From: Acinetobacter phage Presley
Strand: one strand, 5' to 3'
Sequence record: KF669658.1
Length of the DNA stretch: 64,000 nucleotides
Positions 36,364 to 47,051 of the stretch are shown here, in pieces; the stretch's first letter is position 1, and each line of letters starts with the position of its first letter. Position numbers and translations under genes: made by a program. A model generated the notes under the pieces. It saw only the letters and a program-made list of their open reading frames with translations, searched no databases and was not told where the DNA came from.

Positions 36364-36390
36364 AGCCCTTATTAGTTAAGGGCCTTCTAT
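36364..36390. terminator. bidirectional terminator (GCCCTTA-ttagt-TAAGGGC)
   Basis: A-run upstream and CCTTCTAT downstream. The U-run is better for minus-strand transcripts. Confidence 0.5.
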
Positions 36391-36499
36391 CGATCATGTC
36401 GGGTGTTTAGCCAGACTATAATTTATTGATCACATTGATACGAGAAGTAGCAGAAGCATTCGCTCCTTTCAGTCGCAAATGTTCTACGACTTCTCTTAC

Positions 36500-36527
36500 A
36501 AAACACCCCGATGGCAAGGGGTGTCTT
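36500..36527 (-). terminator. terminator after the vRNAP gene (ACACCCC-ttgccatc-GGGGTGT + UUUG)
   Basis: Hairpin 6 nt after the vRNAP stop codon on the minus strand. Confidence 0.5.
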
Positions 36528-36532
36528 AATAA

Positions 36533-39500
36533 TTAGAACAATGTTTTTAAAGCTTGGATTGGGAATGGTTCATCCCAAGATCCTGATAAACCAAATGGAC
36601 CACTACGTAATGGATTACCCCATTGATTAAATACAATTGGATCAATACCAGGTGGTAGATTACTAATCGCATTTAATAAGATAGCCTGACCTATTGCAGA
36701 AGCAGGGCGTTTACCGATTAACTGGAACAATGCTTTCTGGATACGTAAGTTATATTTAGTAAACATTAATAAACCAACATCATTTAAATACTGCATACCT
36801 GCAGATGTAGGTACGTCATAGTTAATGAAGTTATCAGAAGCGAGTTGAATTGCTTCATCATGGCTTAGACGATCACGCTTACGTGTGGTCGCATGTTTGT
36901 ATAGAACATACTTAGCACTAAAGTCAGAGAACTGTGTAGCACTATGTAAGAATTGATAGTGTGGAGTACCTGGCGATACAAACAACCATTTAGCTGCAGT
37001 ACGTACAGTCTGTGGTACTTTATCAATCACATCCTCATATTTACGTTCCATACCTGACTTGTAAGAATACATGTTAGCTGATGGATCGATATCCTCTACA
37101 ATCCCACTTAGCATACCTTCCTCAATAAATCCTTTCAGTGGATTACGATCAAGTGAATCCTGAATACGATCTATCTCTTTTTGCAATTCATTTGCATTTC
37201 CAATATTGGCACGTTGTCTAGCTTGTAGCTTGATTAGTTCAGCCATATCCTTTCTATATTGAATACCTCCTTTAACACTTGTAACAGTATCTTTAATCAA
37301 GGTAGATGGTGATACCCCATGTGCCATTAATAAAAATGTATTAGTCACAATGTTTCCAACCATAGTTGATACATTACGGATAACCACAAAGCTCTTCATA
37401 AGCTGAACTGCTTTCATCCATACACGTTCTGCAGTAGCCGCTTTTGTACGAGAGTTACCGCCAAACAATTCAGTAAGTGTACCCATAACAGCTACTACTG
37501 CTTTCTCACCTACATTACGGAAATCAGGTTCTTTATCAAATGCATTAGTGATAGATAACTTACGTGCACCAAACACTGTAAGGAATACATCGTTCTTAAC
37601 ATATAAAGCATTCTCACCCGTAACTGCTTTGATATGGTCACGTGTTTGTTGTGGCATCATTGCCCATGCTTGTGCAATTACAGGATCTTTAGAGTAGGGC
37701 TCAATACGTAAGTAACTTAATGGAGCTTTAGCATAATTCTCTAAGAAGTCTTGATGTAATGTCTCAATCACAATGTTGTTCTGTTCTGCAGTGGTTAGCT
37801 TGTCATAGCCAGTAGCAGCAAATGCACCTAAGATATCTGAGAAGTCATTATTACGCTCTAAGAAACTGTCACGTACTTGATGCGTCATCTCATAAGAGAA
37901 GCCCATAATGTTTCCATCAGTATCATAGTTAGGAACCATATGACGTGAATCTTTCTTACGTGGATCATAATTAGGATCACGACTCATACGACTACGTACA
38001 GCATTACGTGCATTGGCTAACTCTTGTGGAGTCATCTGAACTTCTTGCCCTTTACGTCCATAGTTATTCAATGCAATAGCGCCTGATACATAACGCTGAT
38101 GCCCTGCATCTTCTGAGAAATACAATGTAGCAGGATTAGTATCTGGATCTAATGGATCTTTCTGCAGATCAGAAATCTTCTTATAGTAAGCACTCTCATA
38201 ACGATCACGTTCTGCACTTGTACGTGCTACTACAAGTTCACGATTGCTATTAGTTATTTCAGGTAAATAACCTTTAACCATTGATAAAGGATTACCTGCA
38301 AATAATGCATCACGTGAATCGATAACCATTGACTGATGTAGCTTTAATAACGATTCAATACCGTTGTCTTTACCACGTGCTAACTCTTTATCCATTACCT
38401 CAGATAAAGCTGTACGATCAGATGTATTCAAATAACTAATTGCATATAGCGATACAAGCTTATCAATCTGTTCAACCAATTTAGGAGATGGTTTGGTATT
38501 GGCAATAAACCCACCATCCATAGCAATTAATTCAGCATTCTTGGCTAACATATTTGCAGCTTCACCAGAAACCATATACCACGCTAAATCTTTAGCACGG
38601 TTAATCTTCATGACATCCTTGATACTAGATTCAGCTTTCTTGATTTCACGTGATAAAGCTACATTATCTTTAACCAATGTATTAATACCAGACACGTCAA
38701 AGTGATTAAGTAGGCTTTGCATATCAGTACGCAATGCACCATAAGTAATTGCTTTACGTTGTTCACGGTTTAAGTCTTTACCTTGGTTATCAAACATAGA
38801 TAACAAATCATGTTTAACTACATCACTAATACGCTTACGCATAGTCTCGTTCTGCTTAGCAGTATTCAATAACTTTTGCGCTACTGCCTGACTTGGATTA
38901 GTGGATGCAATCTCATTTAGTAATTCACCTCCAAAACCTAAACGTTCATTAGGCTTCTCACTTTCACGAAATTCTTTTAATACATCCATAATCCCAAATA
39001 CATTACCTGCTGCTGCAGATGTACGTGCCATGTTATGTGCAATTTTCACATACTTATTTTTAGAATTAGCTGTAGGTGACTTAGCTAATATCTTAGTAAT
39101 CTTGGCACGTGATTTAGTAGTCACCTTATTAGAGATTTCTTCTGCAGCATCGATAGCTTTTTCAACTACTGTTAATGCTTTATTACGGTTCTTTAAATCA
39201 ATATCCACTAGCTGTTCAGCCAAGATAGGTAACTTCTTATCTGCAGTATGTTCAAGCTGTGTACGTGTTAAGAATCCATAAGCAGTATTCACTACTGTAT
39301 CGATAGCAGCCAATAACTTATCGAATGGCGTTTGTTTACCAATACGTTCTTTCTCTAATCCAAAGTTCAGTAAGCTATTTACTTCTTGGCTACCTAAAGC
39401 CATAGCCATAAACTTAGCAAAGTGGTCTCCTTTAGAGTAGATACCAAAGACATGTTCATATTTAGCTTCTGCAGCTTTCTTCTGTGCAGGTGAAGCTACT

Positions 39501-42500
39501 GACCAATCGCCCGGATGGAAGTTTTCAGGTTTAAGGTCATTACGTGCTTTATCATAGATACGTTGAATCTCACGGAATACCGGAGTAAGTGACTTATCTT
39601 TAATAACAGCATTGGTTGCAACTTCTAATGCTTCAATAGCGAATTGCTCTTGTGCAGTTAAGTTAAAACCTGCAGTAAGTGCAGCAGTAGTGTATGGGGC
39701 TTTACCGGACTTTAATGCTTTATCCCATAGTGCATCAGGACTATAAGCATTCTTACTACGTAGGAATGTAGTAGAAGATTCATTCATAAGTTTGTCAGTA
39801 ACGTTAGTCATTAACTCGCTTAGATGTGCTTTAAATTCAGAATTAAGTTTTCCATCATCGATAGCATCAAATACTTCTTTAGCAGTGTAGTTAGATACCT
39901 GTGCATTAGCTGCAGTTTTAGGGGCACCTAATATATCCATCTGTTTAGTATTAGAGATATCTTGTGTACGTCCAATAAACTCTACTGAATCTAGGATTAA
40001 TGCTTCATATGCAGTTAATTCTTTTGGATTGTATTTACGATTCTTACCTGCCACTGCATAGAGTGCATCCAAGATACCTGATACTAAACCACGGAAAGCA
40101 GTAAGTAGTTTATTCATACCACGCGCTTCTTTAGGTACGTCTACAATACTGTCTAAATGATTAATGAATCGTGGATCAGTTAAACCAGTAGCAATAAACT
40201 CATCTAGGTTCTGTGTACCGTACTTAACAATCTCAGGGCTACTATCTGTAGTCTTAGATTTAACATGTTCATATAAGCGTGTCAGTTTATCTAACGACTC
40301 TTGTGCCTTTGGATACTTGTTAGGGTTCTTCTGTATTTCACGAATAGCATTAGCTGTAGCAGCGTGCATAATTTCATGTACAAAGATGCCTGTATTAAGT
40401 GACCCATCAGATACAAGAATAAGCTGTGGTTTATCACCAGTAATGAACCATGCATTAGTGCCTTGTTCACGTGCTTCAATTAGACCACGTGTTTCTACTG
40501 GTACTTGTTCAAATGATTGGTAAGTCTGGATATCCAAGTTCTTTGGAATAGACGGTAATGCGATATCCAATAAAGAAGAATATAAACTTGCATAACGACC
40601 TGTATTACCACCTTGATGTGTGTAATCCTTCAATTCTTGCTTAACACGTTGTACTAAATCAGCAGGGCCCTTAATTGGGGATTCCATTAAGATTGCACCC
40701 ATAACTGTTTTACTTGGCTGTGGTGCAATTGGTTTAGGTACTTCTTTATCAATAATTTCAGAAGTGCCTTTAAGGTAATTACCTAAATCAGATCCAATCT
40801 GTTTAGCCTGTTCTACTGCTTTAGCTTTAGCTCGTTTAAGTGACTCGAGTCTCTTATTCAATTCAGTACGTTTCTCATCAGTGATTTTATATTCACCACC
40901 TTCTGTACCATACTGGTTGATATATTCCTGTTGGATAATGCGTTCCATCTTAGCAATGTCAGCATTAAACTCCTGTTCAACCACATGACTAAATACCTCA
41001 GCATATGGGGCATTTAATTTAAGGTTATAAGACCTAGCTAAACCTACTGCACTATTACGTAGACGTAACTTCATTTCTTTAGATAACGGAAGTTTAGTAT
41101 CCACAATACCTTTAAATGGCTTTAACAGCGCCGTAGTGAAAGCTTTACCTGCATGGGATATCGTTACAGCATCTAAGAACGCTTCGTTTTGTGTACGCGC
41201 AATAGCGTTCAATTGGTAAGCATTACCTGCGTTAGCATCATGGAAATTCTGTACTGCATGGTCTTTCATAGTACGGAATGTAATATATGCATCATGTGAT
41301 TGGATATATAAAGCCAAACCAGATACACCCGGATCTACATAACGGTATTCACGTACACCAGTACGCATAGATTGAACACCATTATATTTAAGCTGCATCT
41401 CATACATTGGGCTACGATCCCATTTCACTTCTTGTTTCATAAGTGGAATAGAAGATGTAGATGCTTGACCAGATTCAATACCCATTGGTGTAGCCAATGA
41501 AGGCATAAACTTATTAGCTTTACGTTGAATTGCTTTAAGCTCTTTAGCAGATAAGCCTTCGATAGCCTTACCTTTCACTTCAAGTAATTTACCTTCACTA
41601 CGCGCCTTCTCAGTAGCTTCATTGATCATATGCTCAAGTACAGAGTCATATACTTCAAACGCTGTAGTAGCTAACAATGTTTTACGATCACGTGATTGAA
41701 TGAATGGACCTGCCAATGCTTTAAGTGCTTCTGTAGTTGCTTCACCATGTAATGCAATATCAGCAGCCATAAACGCTGCCTCTTGTTCACGTGATAGTGT
41801 AAAGTCAAGAACATTACCAAAGTCTTTAACTAACGGTACGTCATAACCAATCTCTTGAGCATAAGTAAGGATTGCATTAATAGCGGCTTTATCACTATTA
41901 AGATTCTTATCTTTATCCGGACTGTTATATGAGTTCTCTAACTTTTGATAGAACGCTTTAAGTGTTCCACGTGCAGATGCACGGTTTACTGACGCATTAC
42001 CAGATCCATAGTTAAATGGAGTAGCTGCACGTTTAGCACCACCCCGTTTACCATAAGCAGTATCAATATAATCAAGGGAACGTACTGCTCTACCACGTGG
42101 TGAATCATCACGAACTTCTTCTTTCCAAATACCCTTTTGTAGATCACCTAACTGTTGGTATACATCCCGGCCTTTACCACCATTCAATCCACCACGTTCA
42201 CGATATTGAGGAACGTTAGTGATTTCTGAATCAGGGAATATACCTACTGATTTATAACCTTCATTATTGGCTGTATTTAACATTACCTGTGTTAATGCAT
42301 ATCCATTGGTTACACCATCAGATTCACCCGGTAAAGCTGCAGTAAATGACTTATCTCCGCGTTGTTTAGCTTCTAACATTGAAGCCAATGTATTAAGTGC
42401 AGATAAAGATAAACCACCCATACCAAACTCTTTAACCATATCAATAACGGTATCTAAGTCTGCAGGATTTACGTCATCGTGGTTACGCAGACGAAGCATA

Positions 42501-45500
42501 GCTTCGGTTGCAGTAACAACACGAGGACTATTAATGTAGTTATCAAAATAAGGGATGAAGTTTTCTAATTGAACTTTATCAACTGTATCTGCAGTCTTAC
42601 CTTCAAAGTCCATCTTATCTACTGCTTCTTCCATACGGAATGATAGAGCACGTAAGAATTCGCCATACTGTGTGAGTTCGCCTTTATCATTAAAAGGCAT
42701 TTCATTTAATGGTACTTCAATACGATCTTCAACCAATGAAGCAATACTACGATGTACTTTATCAGCCTGTAAGTTAAATGCAGATTCATAACCACTACGT
42801 TGGTTATTCCACATGTTTTGGGCCAAATAGAATTGACCATCATTCACAGCTTTACGTGCATCAAATGCAATATCCAATGAGCGTTCAATAGCCTCATTCA
42901 CTGCCTTTTGTGAATCACGAAAATAAACATGTTTATTAGCTAACTCATCCGCAGGTACATAACCAAACATCTCTTTTAATTTATCACCATGGTTATCTAC
43001 AAGCTTATCCATAATACGAGTCATATCCGTATTAAACTCATACGGAGTAGATTGCATCTTCAAAATTACTTCTTTAGCCATATCTGGAACTTTAGATCCT
43101 TGGCTATTGAATTCCTGAATTACTTCTGTGACAGGTTCTGATGTAGGTAATGAACGGTCAGGAGTAAAACCAAATACCTTAGAAAGTATTGAACCACTTT
43201 CTTTAGTGGCTTCCCGAATCTGATTAACACGTGGTGTAGGTGCAAGGTCGCCATCAGTCATTGTCATCTTAGGACGAATGAAATATGAAGTACCTGAGTA
43301 ATCTACATCCCCTTCATCCTTAGCACTTTCATTATTACGTATTACATCATTACGTAATTCCTTCATCTCTTGTGCAGTAATTGAATCCTGTTCAAGTAGA
43401 TTATCTTTTAGTAATGCAGCAATAGCTGTATGGCCTAATGCCATTTCAAGTTTAGATTGGCGTTTAGGGTCTACATCATCAAACATTTTGAATCCAAGTG
43501 ATTGATAAATACGTTGACCTAATGATGCAGCTAAAGTTGCACGATGTACCCCAATAGATGTAAGGCGATTGAATACATGTGGAGGTAATTCATCAATATC
43601 GGATAAACCAAGTTTCTTAATTACATCCTGTGGTGTATCACGTGTCTTACCCCCATTCTCCCCTAACCAAGAGAATGCAGCAGCACTAATAGCTGTAGCA
43701 GTATTCTCGTCTAATTCGCCTTGTTCATTTAACAAGAAATCATTAAATGCAGTATGGCGATAATCTGCATTCTTTTGAGTAGCAACGATATCTTTAATCA
43801 CCGGATACTGAGACTCAGCAACTCGATTAAATGTATCTAAAGTTTGTGCCTGTTTCTCAGTAAGCTGTATACCTGCTAAACGCTCAGCAATGGCCTTATA
43901 GTTTTCTGGTTTCAAGTAGTTACTACGGAAGTTAGTAGCCATAACTAATGGACTATTTAAACCATTACGTACTCGTTGAGTGAATCCAGATAGCACAAGG
44001 TTCTGTTGCCTTGCAGGTTTAGTCTTCTCTGCTTTTACTGACTCTACTGAGGAATTAACCAAAGGACTAATAGCACCCTCTACTGCAATAGTAGTTTTAG
44101 GAGATACTGCAGTATTAGCATCAGATTCTATTGCTGCTTCTGGTTGGGTTGTTTGTGTACTTGGTTCAGCCTGCACCGCCGTATCTGTCGCTTCGCTTAC
44201 GCTCTGCTCTGATACTGGTGCAGTCTTAGTATTATTGACTAATTGTTCGTATTCTTGTTGACGAATATCACTAGCACGCTTTAATGCTTGATCTCTTACT
44301 TCATTAAAGTTTTCACCAGTAACATCAGTTATCACATTAGGATCTGCCATACCTAATACACGTTTAGAATTACTTCTTTCACGTGCTGCAGTGTCACGGC
44401 CATTAGTACGTTCAAAGTTATTTAGTGCATCCATAGCATCGGTAAATGGGTCTACTGATACAGTGTCTTGTACTGGTTGTTCTGTGGTTGTTTGTTCTTG
44501 GCTTTGCTTAGAGTATTTAACCATTTCCTGCATAGCTAAGTTAGTAGCTTTAATACCCTCTACTTCTGCAGCCAATGAATTAATTAAACGCTGTGAACCA
44601 CCAGTACCATCTGCTTTCATTGGATGTACTAATACACCTTGGTTCTTTTTAAAGATGTCATTAGAGATCTGTTCATTATCATGAACATTCCAAGTACCGT
44701 CTGTATTACGTGTAACTTGGATACGTACATTTAAATTATTAGCAGCTTCTTGTGCTTGTTGTAATGCATCTAATTTACCTGATTGAGTAAATTCAAAATT
44801 AGAGATATCACGTAGTAGCGATTCCTGACGTGTAGGCTCATTACGTTGGATAGCTTTACCCATGAAGTCCATGTACTGAGCTAAACCACGATAACCTACA
44901 CCACCTTTAGTTACATCATTATTTACGATACCAAGATCTTTCATTTGGTTCTGAGCAATAATCGCATCATTAACCACACGTAAAGTAGAACGTGTAGCTT
45001 CTGGTACATTCTCATCAGCCATAAGTTCTTGAATACGTTTAGCCTGAGAAATGCTAGGAGCCTGTAAGATCTCATCAGCTTCTGTACGTTGTACTGAGTT
45101 TTCTGGTTGTAAGTTCTGATAGTAACTATTAAATGCATCGTAATTTTCTTGAGTACGATCAAGAGTGGCTTTTAATTCATCACGGCGTGCAATGTAGGTA
45201 TCCATATCATTAGAGATATCTTGTGCACGGGTAAGCTGTGATTGAAGCAATTCATCTTTCTGTGCAATGAGTTCTTCAACCTTAGCTAACATCTCTGGAT
45301 TATCAGCAAACTTAGCACGGTTTTCTTCTGCCTTAGCTTTGAACTGTTCATATTTAGCCTGTAAGTCAGGTAGGTTCTCAGCATCACGGATATTTTGATC
45401 TACTACGTTATATTGATTTTGTGCTTCATTGTAGATTGCGTCTGTTTGCTCTTTAATCGCAGATAAGTTCTCTGGACTACTGTTAGGTAAGTCTGTTGCT

Positions 45501-47011
45501 AAGATGCGGTTAATGGCCTTATCTGGAGCATATGAAGGGCTTTCTGGATTAGATAAGTCCTCAAGTGATTGATCAGCACTTCCTACTTTATTAGCTGCAC
45601 GTTGTTGCATTGTAGAACCAATAGCATCGGTAGCTATATGACCTGCTTGGATAACAGATCCTGGAGCAGCAAAACCCGCACCCATAGCAGCACCTAATAC
45701 ACCTGCTTCTACGTTATCTACTAAATCAAAGTCAGTAGATAAGTTACCCCATGAATTTTCAATCTGGTTTTGTGCAAATTCAGTAGCACCTTCTACTGCT
45801 GCAGTCTTAGCAATATGAGTAACAGGTGATGCTACTTTACCAATAGTACCCATACCTAAAGCTTCTGCTAAGCCTGTACTTGGTACTGTACCTTTTAAGG
45901 CACGTAATGCCATAGCATTTTCAACAAAGTTTAATGCACTATATCCTGCAGTAGCACCAGTCATTGCCAGTTCTTCACCAGTAGAAGGATTAATCTCACC
46001 TGTACGTTGTTGGAAATTACGGCGGTTATCATTCTCTAAACGCTGTGCATCCAATGCCATAGTTCCACCCATTGTACGCTGAATTAAGTACGGGGCAGTG
46101 GTAGCCATTAAATCACCTAAGTAAGCAGGATTTTCTTTAATAGCGTGGGCTACATTACTAGCAGTGTCAGTAGTAGCAGATAGAGCAGAAAGGATTGCAG
46201 ATCCATATTCACCTGATTCCCATTGTGATTTAGCAGTTTCCCAATCAGTCTTAGCTTGTGCTAGATCACCTAATGATTGTTGATAGTTTTCTTCATTTAA
46301 ATGGTTATACCAACTTTGTGTATCTAATCGATTTGGTATACCCGCTTTCTTATTACCAATAGTGGCATAAGCTTCTGTTTCTTTTTGACGTGCATTATCC
46401 AATACTTCTTTATACGTCTTAGGTGCACTGAAATCCCAAAAGCCTTTAATAGCATATGGGTTAGAACCCTGTAATAGATTCTGCTCTTCTTGGCTTAACT
46501 GACCACCTGCTAATTGTTTCTGGTATGCAGCTATAACGTTATCGGGTACACCTGCATAGTCACGGCGTACATCAGATAATTGATTACCCGCATAAGCATT
46601 CAAACCAAGTTCAGCTAAGTGAGCACCTGCTTGTGCTGTCCAGTTAAGTAGATTGGCTGCACCACTTTTAATTGGATTGCTAGAAGTAAGGTTGTTATAT
46701 GAAAGCAATCCTGTTTCTTCTTTACGCTTATGGTACTGGTCTACCTGTGGTTGTAACGCTGCAATAGATACATCGTTATAAAACTCTTTAGTAGCACGTG
46801 AAGGTATACCACCTGCATTGATGTAGTCTTGGAGTGATGCATATTGTTCTGCAACCGGATCGTATGATTCTGGTCGATTGGCTGCTATTGGAGATTGCTC
46901 AATGGAAGCAGATACCACTTTAGGAGCAAGCTCAGAAGATATACGCCCCAAAGCTTCCATAACAGAAGTCTGCTTAGAGCCTACATCAAATACTGATTTA
47001 TACTTAGCCAT
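36533..47011 (-). CDS. virion-encapsidated RNA polymerase (N4 vRNAP-like, 3492 aa)
   Basis: Single-subunit RNAP motifs in the central third: A LPGESDGVTNGYAL (about residue 1565), B RGGAKRAATPFNYGSG (R-x3-K-x7-YG, about residue 1657), C YIQSHDAYITF (about residue 1906). The size is nearly identical to the 3500-aa N4 vRNAP. Confidence 0.85.
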   Translation of the reverse strand: MAKYKSVFDVGSKQTSVMEALGRISSELAPKVVSASIEQSPIAANRPESYDPVAEQYASLQDYINAGGIPSRATKEFYNDVSIAALQPQVDQYHKRKEETGLLSYNNLTSSNPIKSGAANLLNWTAQAGAHLAELGLNAYAGNQLSDVRRDYAGVPDNVIAAYQKQLAGGQLSQEEQNLLQGSNPYAIKGFWDFSAPKTYKEVLDNARQKETEAYATIGNKKAGIPNRLDTQSWYNHLNEENYQQSLGDLAQAKTDWETAKSQWESGEYGSAILSALSATTDTASNVAHAIKENPAYLGDLMATTAPYLIQRTMGGTMALDAQRLENDNRRNFQQRTGEINPSTGEELAMTGATAGYSALNFVENAMALRALKGTVPSTGLAEALGMGTIGKVASPVTHIAKTAAVEGATEFAQNQIENSWGNLSTDFDLVDNVEAGVLGAAMGAGFAAPGSVIQAGHIATDAIGSTMQQRAANKVGSADQSLEDLSNPESPSYAPDKAINRILATDLPNSSPENLSAIKEQTDAIYNEAQNQYNVVDQNIRDAENLPDLQAKYEQFKAKAEENRAKFADNPEMLAKVEELIAQKDELLQSQLTRAQDISNDMDTYIARRDELKATLDRTQENYDAFNSYYQNLQPENSVQRTEADEILQAPSISQAKRIQELMADENVPEATRSTLRVVNDAIIAQNQMKDLGIVNNDVTKGGVGYRGLAQYMDFMGKAIQRNEPTRQESLLRDISNFEFTQSGKLDALQQAQEAANNLNVRIQVTRNTDGTWNVHDNEQISNDIFKKNQGVLVHPMKADGTGGSQRLINSLAAEVEGIKATNLAMQEMVKYSKQSQEQTTTEQPVQDTVSVDPFTDAMDALNNFERTNGRDTAARERSNSKRVLGMADPNVITDVTGENFNEVRDQALKRASDIRQQEYEQLVNNTKTAPVSEQSVSEATDTAVQAEPSTQTTQPEAAIESDANTAVSPKTTIAVEGAISPLVNSSVESVKAEKTKPARQQNLVLSGFTQRVRNGLNSPLVMATNFRSNYLKPENYKAIAERLAGIQLTEKQAQTLDTFNRVAESQYPVIKDIVATQKNADYRHTAFNDFLLNEQGELDENTATAISAAAFSWLGENGGKTRDTPQDVIKKLGLSDIDELPPHVFNRLTSIGVHRATLAASLGQRIYQSLGFKMFDDVDPKRQSKLEMALGHTAIAALLKDNLLEQDSITAQEMKELRNDVIRNNESAKDEGDVDYSGTSYFIRPKMTMTDGDLAPTPRVNQIREATKESGSILSKVFGFTPDRSLPTSEPVTEVIQEFNSQGSKVPDMAKEVILKMQSTPYEFNTDMTRIMDKLVDNHGDKLKEMFGYVPADELANKHVYFRDSQKAVNEAIERSLDIAFDARKAVNDGQFYLAQNMWNNQRSGYESAFNLQADKVHRSIASLVEDRIEVPLNEMPFNDKGELTQYGEFLRALSFRMEEAVDKMDFEGKTADTVDKVQLENFIPYFDNYINSPRVVTATEAMLRLRNHDDVNPADLDTVIDMVKEFGMGGLSLSALNTLASMLEAKQRGDKSFTAALPGESDGVTNGYALTQVMLNTANNEGYKSVGIFPDSEITNVPQYRERGGLNGGKGRDVYQQLGDLQKGIWKEEVRDDSPRGRAVRSLDYIDTAYGKRGGAKRAATPFNYGSGNASVNRASARGTLKAFYQKLENSYNSPDKDKNLNSDKAAINAILTYAQEIGYDVPLVKDFGNVLDFTLSREQEAAFMAADIALHGEATTEALKALAGPFIQSRDRKTLLATTAFEVYDSVLEHMINEATEKARSEGKLLEVKGKAIEGLSAKELKAIQRKANKFMPSLATPMGIESGQASTSSIPLMKQEVKWDRSPMYEMQLKYNGVQSMRTGVREYRYVDPGVSGLALYIQSHDAYITFRTMKDHAVQNFHDANAGNAYQLNAIARTQNEAFLDAVTISHAGKAFTTALLKPFKGIVDTKLPLSKEMKLRLRNSAVGLARSYNLKLNAPYAEVFSHVVEQEFNADIAKMERIIQQEYINQYGTEGGEYKITDEKRTELNKRLESLKRAKAKAVEQAKQIGSDLGNYLKGTSEIIDKEVPKPIAPQPSKTVMGAILMESPIKGPADLVQRVKQELKDYTHQGGNTGRYASLYSSLLDIALPSIPKNLDIQTYQSFEQVPVETRGLIEAREQGTNAWFITGDKPQLILVSDGSLNTGIFVHEIMHAATANAIREIQKNPNKYPKAQESLDKLTRLYEHVKSKTTDSSPEIVKYGTQNLDEFIATGLTDPRFINHLDSIVDVPKEARGMNKLLTAFRGLVSGILDALYAVAGKNRKYNPKELTAYEALILDSVEFIGRTQDISNTKQMDILGAPKTAANAQVSNYTAKEVFDAIDDGKLNSEFKAHLSELMTNVTDKLMNESSTTFLRSKNAYSPDALWDKALKSGKAPYTTAALTAGFNLTAQEQFAIEALEVATNAVIKDKSLTPVFREIQRIYDKARNDLKPENFHPGDWSVASPAQKKAAEAKYEHVFGIYSKGDHFAKFMAMALGSQEVNSLLNFGLEKERIGKQTPFDKLLAAIDTVVNTAYGFLTRTQLEHTADKKLPILAEQLVDIDLKNRNKALTVVEKAIDAAEEISNKVTTKSRAKITKILAKSPTANSKNKYVKIAHNMARTSAAAGNVFGIMDVLKEFRESEKPNERLGFGGELLNEIASTNPSQAVAQKLLNTAKQNETMRKRISDVVKHDLLSMFDNQGKDLNREQRKAITYGALRTDMQSLLNHFDVSGINTLVKDNVALSREIKKAESSIKDVMKINRAKDLAWYMVSGEAANMLAKNAELIAMDGGFIANTKPSPKLVEQIDKLVSLYAISYLNTSDRTALSEVMDKELARGKDNGIESLLKLHQSMVIDSRDALFAGNPLSMVKGYLPEITNSNRELVVARTSAERDRYESAYYKKISDLQKDPLDPDTNPATLYFSEDAGHQRYVSGAIALNNYGRKGQEVQMTPQELANARNAVRSRMSRDPNYDPRKKDSRHMVPNYDTDGNIMGFSYEMTHQVRDSFLERNNDFSDILGAFAATGYDKLTTAEQNNIVIETLHQDFLENYAKAPLSYLRIEPYSKDPVIAQAWAMMPQQTRDHIKAVTGENALYVKNDVFLTVFGARKLSITNAFDKEPDFRNVGEKAVVAVMGTLTELFGGNSRTKAATAERVWMKAVQLMKSFVVIRNVSTMVGNIVTNTFLLMAHGVSPSTLIKDTVTSVKGGIQYRKDMAELIKLQARQRANIGNANELQKEIDRIQDSLDRNPLKGFIEEGMLSGIVEDIDPSANMYSYKSGMERKYEDVIDKVPQTVRTAAKWLFVSPGTPHYQFLHSATQFSDFSAKYVLYKHATTRKRDRLSHDEAIQLASDNFINYDVPTSAGMQYLNDVGLLMFTKYNLRIQKALFQLIGKRPASAIGQAILLNAISNLPPGIDPIVFNQWGNPLRSGPFGLSGSWDEPFPIQALKTLF

Positions 47012-47023
47012 GTTTATACCTGA

Positions 47024-47051
47024 AATAAAATAAGCGTGTTAATTAACACGC
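47024..47051 (-). terminator. intrinsic terminator between SLT-protein gene and vRNAP gene (GCGTGTT-aatt-AACACGC + UUAUUUUAUUU)
   Basis: Perfect palindrome 47034-47051. The U-run falls only on the minus-strand transcript. The vRNAP ATG is 14 nt downstream. Confidence 0.65.

Noticed and set aside
36403-36480. 7-bp inverted repeat GAGAAGT...ACTTCTC spanning about 55 nt between the convergent terminators
   Set aside because: Long loop, imperfect interior pairing, no flanking U-run. Probably incidental in a gap already occupied by two terminators.
38493-45162. Plus-strand ORFs of 60-126 aa inside the vRNAP gene (e.g. 38493..38705, 38901..39281, 40164..40523, 42267..42539, 43980..44261, 44391..44684)
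   Set aside because: All are antisense to a 10.5-kb gene that has clear catalytic motifs. They lack SDs and are expected by chance in a long ORF.
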